From the IMG/VR virus record IMGVR_UViG_3300024429_000007, positions 1-64,000 of that record: 64,000 bases of DNA. The stretch is one strand, 5' to 3'. Source of the DNA: an uncultured virus (IMG/VR IMGVR_UViG_3300024429_000007) (taxonomy: Duplodnaviria; Heunggongvirae; Uroviricota; Caudoviricetes). A program made the translations under genes and the position numbers. The notes under the pieces are model-generated. The model was not told the origin of the DNA and made no database searches. It worked only from the letters and a program-made list of their open reading frames with translations. Each line of letters opens with the position of its first letter. The first letter of the stretch is position 1. Below are positions 57,807 to 64,000 of this stretch, piece by piece.

Positions 57807-59228
57807 TTAACCAGTGGATTCGACCTGCTGAACCACCCTATCGGGAATATCTTTCACAGAAGGATACGATTTCGATCGCGACCGATGTGTGAAAACGTAG
57901 TACCCATCCTCATCTCTGCCGACGCTAACGCCCCGTAATCTTCCACCTTTTCGCGGATACGTACCCTCGCCCTCCTCAAGATCGGAGACCTTTTTGTTGG
58001 TGAGCTTCGGAAAGGGGTGCTTCATCTTCTCAATGCTAAGTTGCTTATTCATTTTTTCAACATCTATCTCGGGCTCATCGGTGACAAACCAGACAAATCG
58101 CCCTTTGCGTAGCTCATCCGGCACAGTCTCCATTTTAAGAACACCACTATCGAATTCTGCGCTCCGGCGATAGCCGGGGACCCAGTTTTTCATTTCTTCG
58201 GGGGGCACTCTCCACAACAAATCCATCGCCTTCGTGAAAGCTTTCTCGATTAACAAATTGACAGTCTGACCGATCTTAATTGCAATCGAAAAATAATCCG
58301 GCTCCTTTTTTTCAACCCAAATTTCAACGACTATCGGCTCATATAAATGAAGGCGATTGAAACCTGATTCATCGTCGTGGTACAAATTCATAGTATGAAA
58401 CTTCATCGTCAAAACCGTTCCGATCTGAGCCTTGATGTTGGTATTGTAACTACGTCCGACGTAGACGTATTCCTTGCCTTTGATTTCCTTCACCCGTTTC
58501 GGATCAACCTTATCCGACGGCCGGAATCGCAAATACAATTCGTAATTGAAAGTGTCCGGCCCAACCTTCGTCGAATTTACCTGACCGACAAGACAGTGAA
58601 CTTCGGCGAACTTTTTCTGCTTGAAGACCCCAGAAGTCATGCCTGACATACTATATCCCGAGCTAGCGGTATCGAGAAGTTTGATCATCGCGCCTTCTGA
58701 ACCAGGGGCCTTCAGACACTTCTGGAGGGCAGACTCGGCTTCTTTCAGCGTCTCACAATACAGCGAAGGCGTCAGATTGAGAATCAAACTTTCACTTGGT
58801 ACGCCCATCGTCGATTGCGGAAACGCGAATTTCTCCAAGAATTCCCGGCGCTCTCTCTTCGTGAGCTTATGGATGTCCCGGTCGTAATATAGACAGTCAA
58901 AGACATTATAGGTAATCGTCTTCCTGGTGATGACTTCCTTTTTATGCAGGAGCGCCGCCATCTCTTCTCTGGGACGATGCTTTCCACCAACCCAGTATTC
59001 CATTTCTCCAATCAAACAGAAATTCTTAACGCGGTCCCTTATTTTTGGAACCTCGTCGACAAGATCCGGAAGACTGCTCTCAACCCACTTGCCGCTGTCC
59101 GTAAAGATCTTAACTTTGTCCCCAGAACAAAAAGTCACCAGGACGATCCCATCGTACTTCTTCTCGATCGCTACTTGCGGGATCGCTCCGGACTTGAGCA
59201 CAAAATCTTCGTCCTTTTCAAAATTCAT
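57807..59228 (-). CDS. ATP-dependent DNA ligase-like protein
   Basis: IEKKYDG, GE, VFDCL, EGAMIK, KQKK. Confidence 0.85.
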   Translation of the reverse strand: MNFEKDEDFVLKSGAIPQVAIEKKYDGIVLVTFCSGDKVKIFTDSGKWVESSLPDLVDEVPKIRDRVKNFCLIGEMEYWVGGKHRPREEMAALLHKKEVITRKTITYNVFDCLYYDRDIHKLTKRERREFLEKFAFPQSTMGVPSESLILNLTPSLYCETLKEAESALQKCLKAPGSEGAMIKLLDTASSGYSMSGMTSGVFKQKKFAEVHCLVGQVNSTKVGPDTFNYELYLRFRPSDKVDPKRVKEIKGKEYVYVGRSYNTNIKAQIGTVLTMKFHTMNLYHDDESGFNRLHLYEPIVVEIWVEKKEPDYFSIAIKIGQTVNLLIEKAFTKAMDLLWRVPPEEMKNWVPGYRRSAEFDSGVLKMETVPDELRKGRFVWFVTDEPEIDVEKMNKQLSIEKMKHPFPKLTNKKVSDLEEGEGTYPRKGGRLRGVSVGRDEDGYYVFTHRSRSKSYPSVKDIPDRVVQQVESTG

Positions 59229-60376
59229 CGAATTCCTCGTTCATATAATTTCTGCAAGTAATCCAACGTCTGTGAAACCGAATACGTCTCCTGGACTCGA
59301 TATGCCATCATCGCCGAAACTGAGGTCTTCTGCGGATAGAATCTTCTATTCATCACAACCCGGTCTTGACGCATCGATTGTTTCGCTTCACGATTCGCGG
59401 CCACGCCCTCTTTCCCGGCCAATCCAAACTCGGCTTTTTGAATTTCCAAATGAAATCGCGCCTTCTCCACAAACTCTTCTGGAAACCCTTCTTCGCCCAG
59501 ACTCTTCTCAATCTCCGAGAGAACTCCGTCTTTGTCCTCCTTCTCCTCTTCCAAATCTCTACTCATTTCGACCCGAACAAATTCCTCGTGATTATCGACT
59601 TTCAAATCCGCTAACTCGTAGTGCGTAGTGAACGGACCCTGATAGAGATCATATAAAATATGGACGCGAGGTCGATCCTCCGGTGCAAACATCCGATAGA
59701 TTCTAAACTCCAATGGGATCCTGAACGAGTCCGGTAAATCCTCTTCCGCTTTGACCAAAATATCGATGTCTCCGGTTGTTTTGCCATTGTTAGCCAGACC
59801 ACCGACCAAATAGAGAAACGGCTTCCTCAATAGGAACGATTCGAACTTTTCCAGGACTTCCTCAACGGTGACCTCTCGTCCCTTCTTATCGCCCGATGGC
59901 TTCACTTCAGCGTACTCATCGTCCTTCTCTTCTTCTTCCGTTGTCTCTTTCTGACCTTTTCCTTGTTCCTTATCGACTTTGGCATTCTCTTCGGCCTCCT
60001 TGAGTAGAATCTCGATCTCAGTCTTACTCAGTTCCTTCGCTACCCTCTCCCAGAGCTTCTTCGCCGCCGATTTCATCTCATCGGGATTCACGGTATACTT
60101 ATATTCTTCTGGATCGAGCTTCTTACACCGCGCAATCTCCTTGTAAACCTTGACGGCGACAGCGACAATCTCCACCTCACTGAACTTGATCTCTTTGTCC
60201 GGGTCCAAGAATGTGGCGTACCATCCCGCACAAATCCGGGCATCATCCTTCAATGCCGCCCAGTCTTTTGTTCCGTCTGGCTTCAATGCCGCCCAGTCTT
60301 TTGTTCCATCTGGATCGTAGTCCGAAATGTCCTTGATCTTCTCGATTTCAAGATTTAGATTCTGCATGTTCCGCAC
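59225..60376 (-). CDS. pol-beta superfamily nucleotidyltransferase-domain protein
   Basis: LVGGLANNGKTTGDIDILV. Confidence 0.75.
   Translation of the reverse strand: MRNMQNLNLEIEKIKDISDYDPDGTKDWAALKPDGTKDWAALKDDARICAGWYATFLDPDKEIKFSEVEIVAVAVKVYKEIARCKKLDPEEYKYTVNPDEMKSAAKKLWERVAKELSKTEIEILLKEAEENAKVDKEQGKGQKETTEEEEKDDEYAEVKPSGDKKGREVTVEEVLEKFESFLLRKPFLYLVGGLANNGKTTGDIDILVKAEEDLPDSFRIPLEFRIYRMFAPEDRPRVHILYDLYQGPFTTHYELADLKVDNHEEFVRVEMSRDLEEEKEDKDGVLSEIEKSLGEEGFPEEFVEKARFHLEIQKAEFGLAGKEGVAANREAKQSMRQDRVVMNRRFYPQKTSVSAMMAYRVQETYSVSQTLDYLQKLYERGIR
60248..60313. repeat. 33-bp tandem duplication (PDGTKDWAALK x2)
   Basis: 32/33 identical. Confidence 0.9.
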
Positions 60377-60695
60377 TCTTCCTCTTCGGGACCGGCTTCT
60401 TTATATCGATGTAGCCCGATCCCTCACATTTTTCGCAGGCATCCCGGACTCCGAAAAGCCTACGTCGCTCTTTCGGATCCCTTTCGGCCAACAGCTTCTC
60501 CAGACATTCACACTTTTTGATCACCTTCTGCGCTTCGAGGTTCTCCAGAAGCCGAACCAGCTCTCGATTTACGGTGTTCTTGAGCGTAGTCTTGATCTGG
60601 TCCACCTGCCGATCGTCCAGCGGACTAATTCGCAGGAGATCCAATACCTCACCCATCAAACCCAAGATTGTCGTCCTGATCTCTTTCGCAATCAT
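60348..60695 (-). CDS. hypothetical protein with Cys motifs
   Basis: CEC .. CEKCEGSG. Confidence 0.65.
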   Translation of the reverse strand: MIAKEIRTTILGLMGEVLDLLRISPLDDRQVDQIKTTLKNTVNRELVRLLENLEAQKVIKKCECLEKLLAERDPKERRRLFGVRDACEKCEGSGYIDIKKPVPKRKSAEHAESKS

Positions 60696-60952
60696 CAGTC
60701 TCCTTCCTTTCTGACAAAATCTTCAATCCTTTGCAGTGTCTTACTCTGAGTTTCCTGCTCCTTCTTGATCCATTTCAGATCGGTCTCAACTCCAGTCAGC
60801 CGATGCTGAACATCATTTGAAAGTTTTGCGATAACCTTTTCGATCTCATGAATCCGCTTTTCATTCTGCGAAATTCTCCTCGACAGAAATCCAAGCAGAA
60901 CGAGTAACAGTGTGAGAACGGCACCCGCTACGATCTGAAGAGCTAATAGCAT
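60695..60952 (-). CDS. TM plus coiled-coil protein (holin/XhlA-like)
   Basis: N-terminal hydrophobic helix, heptads. Confidence 0.6.
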   Translation of the reverse strand: MLLALQIVAGAVLTLLLVLLGFLSRRISQNEKRIHEIEKVIAKLSNDVQHRLTGVETDLKWIKKEQETQSKTLQRIEDFVRKEGD

Positions 60953-60961
60953 CGATTTCCT

Positions 60962-61744
60962 TTATCCAACTGCGACTTCAACCATTTGCTCAATTTGAAT
61001 TCTGCCTGGATTCAAGAGATCTCTGCCACCGAGATCTCGGACACCGAGAAACTTGAAACACCATTCTTCGTAATGACACATCACCGTTCGACACCCGATC
61101 TGAGCCGCCAACTGCGTGATCGATGAACAAATCCCGACCGTCGCCACCGCCTGCTTCAAGATCCAAGCGGTCTCCCACAGAGGCCGGCCATTCTCAACCT
61201 GAGCATCCCGAACTGTTCTTTCGTCTTTTCCCCCAACGTTCACAACTGGAAACGGAAACTCCGCCGCAAACAAAGCCGGAATTTCCTTTCGTTTCGAGAC
61301 CGAAGACGGATGAACCGCGATGAATTTTTCGGGGAGATCGACTTCCGGTGTATGCGCGAAGGCAATTTCAAATTCTGTCAGATCGTCGTGGAGATCCGGC
61401 AAGATCGGGTAAAAAACTCTGTCGAAAGGATATCCGGCCTTTTCCACTTCTGGGTCGACCCGGAAAAGCTCAACGTCACCGTCCCAATCACGCGATCTCT
61501 GTTTTCTTCCCGCACGATTCAGGATCTCCGCAAAAGGAAAAACCGCCGATTCTGAGATCGGGATATCCGAAGATCGTATAAAGAGATCCACGACTCCTGC
61601 ATTCCAGTCGTCGCAAAATGCTACCATCCCCTCATTCGGCGCAAGAAATTGCCGTGCGGTCTTCAAAAACTTAGCCACTCTGAGCGTGTCCCCGACCAGT
61701 AGCCCTCCCAGATTTACTGCTGCGCTTGGGCTCAGTTCCTTCAT
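60962..61744 (-). CDS. GT9-like glycosyltransferase
   Basis: LVGD, FIAVHPSS..K, VGICSSITQLA. Confidence 0.7.
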   Translation of the reverse strand: MKELSPSAAVNLGGLLVGDTLRVAKFLKTARQFLAPNEGMVAFCDDWNAGVVDLFIRSSDIPISESAVFPFAEILNRAGRKQRSRDWDGDVELFRVDPEVEKAGYPFDRVFYPILPDLHDDLTEFEIAFAHTPEVDLPEKFIAVHPSSVSKRKEIPALFAAEFPFPVVNVGGKDERTVRDAQVENGRPLWETAWILKQAVATVGICSSITQLAAQIGCRTVMCHYEEWCFKFLGVRDLGGRDLLNPGRIQIEQMVEVAVG

Positions 61745-62531
61745 CTGTTGTTACCTTCTCCTCTATCTCAACCTCGACGACTTTTTTTTTCTTAGCCTCG
61801 AACTGTGCCAGGTACTTAATCAAAGCCGGATCCGGCTCAACTTCAGCGACTCCTGGCCAAGCGTCCGGGACTATTGGGTGAAGGTTCTCCATTCCCGGGA
61901 TCCAACCCTTCCAAATTCGCTCGTACCAGAGTGGATGAAGGGGTACTCGTCGGCATTTTTCAAGTTGCGCTTCTGGCGGAAGCGCCAATCCGAAATGATG
62001 GAAATGGACTTCATGCGCAGGAATGTTTATCTCTCTCCAGCCCCGGGCAATTCGCCCCTCGTCGAAATGGACATCCCGACTCACAGCGACCACGCCCGTC
62101 GGATGCTTGATCACAAGCTGATGGTTCACGTCTTTCCAGTACCCGGTAAATGTCATCGAATAAAGCTGGTAGGGATGTACTTCGATCCAATCCATAGCTT
62201 TGTCCAGCATTGGCGGCAAGATGATCTCATCCGGGTCGAAAACCAAGATCATGTCGCTCTCCTGGAACAGACTCATCCCCAGATTTCTCACGAACGCCTC
62301 ACTCGGGTACTCTTCCTTCGTGATCTTCAACTTCGGACACTTCAGGCCTTCTAAGATCTCCTCGGTTCTGTCAGGCGTGATCTCTCTGCCGCAGAAGTAA
62401 TGCCCCTGAGAAAGCAGCACGTTGATCTCAACAATACGCTCCGATTCCAAGAACGGCGTCAGACTCTGCTCGATGTACGTCTCATCGGTCGAAGCGATCA
62501 TCATCAGCCCAAAAATCGGTTCATCGCCCAT
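61671..62531 (-). CDS. GT2-like glycosyltransferase
   Basis: DETYI, D.T, RN, DPDE, HHFG. Confidence 0.75.
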   Translation of the reverse strand: MGDEPIFGLMMIASTDETYIEQSLTPFLESERIVEINVLLSQGHYFCGREITPDRTEEILEGLKCPKLKITKEEYPSEAFVRNLGMSLFQESDMILVFDPDEIILPPMLDKAMDWIEVHPYQLYSMTFTGYWKDVNHQLVIKHPTGVVAVSRDVHFDEGRIARGWREINIPAHEVHFHHFGLALPPEAQLEKCRRVPLHPLWYERIWKGWIPGMENLHPIVPDAWPGVAEVEPDPALIKYLAQFEAKKKKVVEVEIEEKVTTDEGTEPKRSSKSGRATGRGHAQSG

Positions 62532-62567
62532 TCAGTACCTCACTTTCTAATTTATTACGCGCCTTAC

Positions 62568-63125
62568 TCACTCCCCGTTCAGCGGATCTATCGGACCGAA
62601 CACTTCATAGTCGGATAAATCAACTTCGGAGAACGGATCGGGCTTCCACGCCTTGAGAAAAACCCCCGGGACCTGAGGATCTTTTCGTAATAGCTGTATC
62701 TCGCAATCGGAGAAAATATGCTCCATATCGGATAGTTCGTATCGCCAGAAATCGAAAGGAGCAGTATGGTGGGGAAAACCAAGAGATCGCGTTGTAATTA
62801 GAATCATCCCTCGCGGTTTACAAACCCGTTTAATGTTCGAAATAACCTTCTTCCAGTCCCTTACGTGCTCAAGAACTTCGGTAGAGAGCACGACATCAAA
62901 TCGATTCTCTCCGAAATGCTCTATGACCCTCTCCGCCGAAAGAACCAGATCGACCCTCGGCCCACTCATCAAATCTATTCCGATGTATTCGCTCGGGCCA
63001 AAAGATTTAATTCGAGGACGGAAGCTGCCGTTTATGTCGTAAGAGCCGACCTCGAGGACACTTTTCCCCTCAATCTCTTCTCGACCCAAACACCTCATTC
63101 CGAATGCAAGACAAGATTCATGCAT
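62568..63125 (-). CDS. SAM-dependent methyltransferase (type 11)
   Basis: VLEVGS.DING, FDVV.STEVLEH, DFWR. Confidence 0.9.
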   Translation of the reverse strand: MHESCLAFGMRCLGREEIEGKSVLEVGSYDINGSFRPRIKSFGPSEYIGIDLMSGPRVDLVLSAERVIEHFGENRFDVVLSTEVLEHVRDWKKVISNIKRVCKPRGMILITTRSLGFPHHTAPFDFWRYELSDMEHIFSDCEIQLLRKDPQVPGVFLKAWKPDPFSEVDLSDYEVFGPIDPLNGE

Positions 63126-63157
63126 CTGCCTATGTCCTTATCGGGAAAGGAACGGGC

Positions 63158-63415
63158 TTGACACTCCCCCACGACTGAAGCCGGGGGGATTATCGGGCGG
63201 TCATCGCAAAGAACCTAGTTCCATGCAACTACCGAGGGCTGTGCCAAACAGCCACTACTCCAAGAGACACCTACCTCCGGGAGGTACTTTGTGCATATTC
63301 CTTTCACAGACCTAAACTGCCTGTATGCCCTCAAGCTCTCACTTATACTTGAGTTGATCTGTGAGAATGGCCTTCGGCCAGCACTTCTTCATCCCCACGA
63401 TTGAAATCGGGGGCT
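63158..63415 (-). mobile_element. non-autonomous IS200/IS605-family element (MITE/PATE) retaining the TnpB reRNA end
   Basis: Left end TTGAA|AGCCCCCGATTTCAATCGTGGGGATGAA; right end AATCCCCCCGGCTTCAGTCGTGGGGGAGTGTCAA; no transposase ORF. Confidence 0.8.
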
Positions 63416-63978
63416 TTCAAAGTGCAATTTCTATAACACTTCCGGATCACCCGCGCATCCCAGAGCGCATTGTGCTTGTCCGCTTTGGAAGAGAAAAGTC
63501 CGGCGAACGCTTCCCGATTCACGTCCGTATCTTCTCCAACTATCCAGAGGAGCGTACACAGATCGAAGGGGATGTAGTAAATCTCATCAGGAACCTTCAG
63601 CGCACCGCCCCAAAGCTCGCAAAAAAGGACCCAATCGTATGCCAGACAGTCCGACCAGAGTTCGATCTTTACTGCACTATGCCGATCGAGGAGAACCTTG
63701 AACCATTGGCCCAAGTTGGCTTTAATGTGCTGCGGATTGTTCCTGGTCCGCACCTCATCGGGAAAGCCGCGCACTGTAAATGTGTGATCGTAGAGCAAAT
63801 GCTCAAAGACGTTCTTCTTGAACCACTTATTTTTCAGAGCCCTCTGATCCCAACCGATAAACTCGGCGTAGAACGTCTCATCGGTCTCCGCGATCAGGCC
63901 GATACTCACCAGGGTTGTCTGCTGATGCAACCCGGTAAACTCAGAATCAAAGAACACCTTCAGCCGTTTCTCTCCCAT
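63343..63978 (-). CDS. DEDDh 3'-5' exonuclease (Rv2179c-like); C-terminus replaced by the IS insertion
   Basis: FFDSEFTGL, AYDW, HNALWDA. Confidence 0.88.
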   Translation of the reverse strand: MGEKRLKVFFDSEFTGLHQQTTLVSIGLIAETDETFYAEFIGWDQRALKNKWFKKNVFEHLLYDHTFTVRGFPDEVRTRNNPQHIKANLGQWFKVLLDRHSAVKIELWSDCLAYDWVLFCELWGGALKVPDEIYYIPFDLCTLLWIVGEDTDVNREAFAGLFSSKADKHNALWDARVIRKCYRNCTLKAPDFNRGDEEVLAEGHSHRSTQV

Positions 63979-64000
63979 GTCCAGAACCTCCCTAAATCAA

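Overview
The whole window reads as part of a large tailed dsDNA phage genome (siphovirus-like). The host is probably bacterial, given an Amidase_3 endolysin and AGGAG-type RBSs. No tRNA, integrase, terminase, portal or cas gene was recognised. Bases 1-13.7 kb (+) hold DNA-metabolism and accessory genes: SbcD, SbcC, two DNA methyltransferases, a thymidylate synthase, a radical SAM enzyme and the endolysin. They end at an intrinsic terminator. Bases 13.8-64 kb (-) form a convergent late operon with three parts: (i) a head module preceded by nucleotidyltransferase, ATP-dependent ligase and methyltransferase/LigD-phosphoesterase-like proteins; (ii) capsid, neck and tail genes with a -1 frameshift chaperone and a tape measure; (iii) a very large glyco-modification island, with about 10 glycosyltransferase genes in the window, methyltransferases, WbqC, LmbE, a glycoside hydrolase-like protein, YVTN propellers and a GluRS paralogue carrying an inserted discoidin domain. 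The top finding is a leaderless two-repeat CRISPR mini-array (27693-27802). Its single 36-nt spacer encodes exactly the same 12 amino acids (KSSYPAVDYIAV) as the adjacent phage glycosyltransferase gene but differs at 9 positions, all synonymous and clustered in the seed. It therefore appears to target a rival phage's allele of the neighbouring gene while the resident copy is immune, suggesting a CRISPR-guided homing/allele-exclusion unit. A second RNA-guided relic, a ~258-bp non-autonomous IS200/IS605 element keeping the TnpB reRNA end, sits at 63158-63415. All calls come from motif reading by eye; no searches were run.
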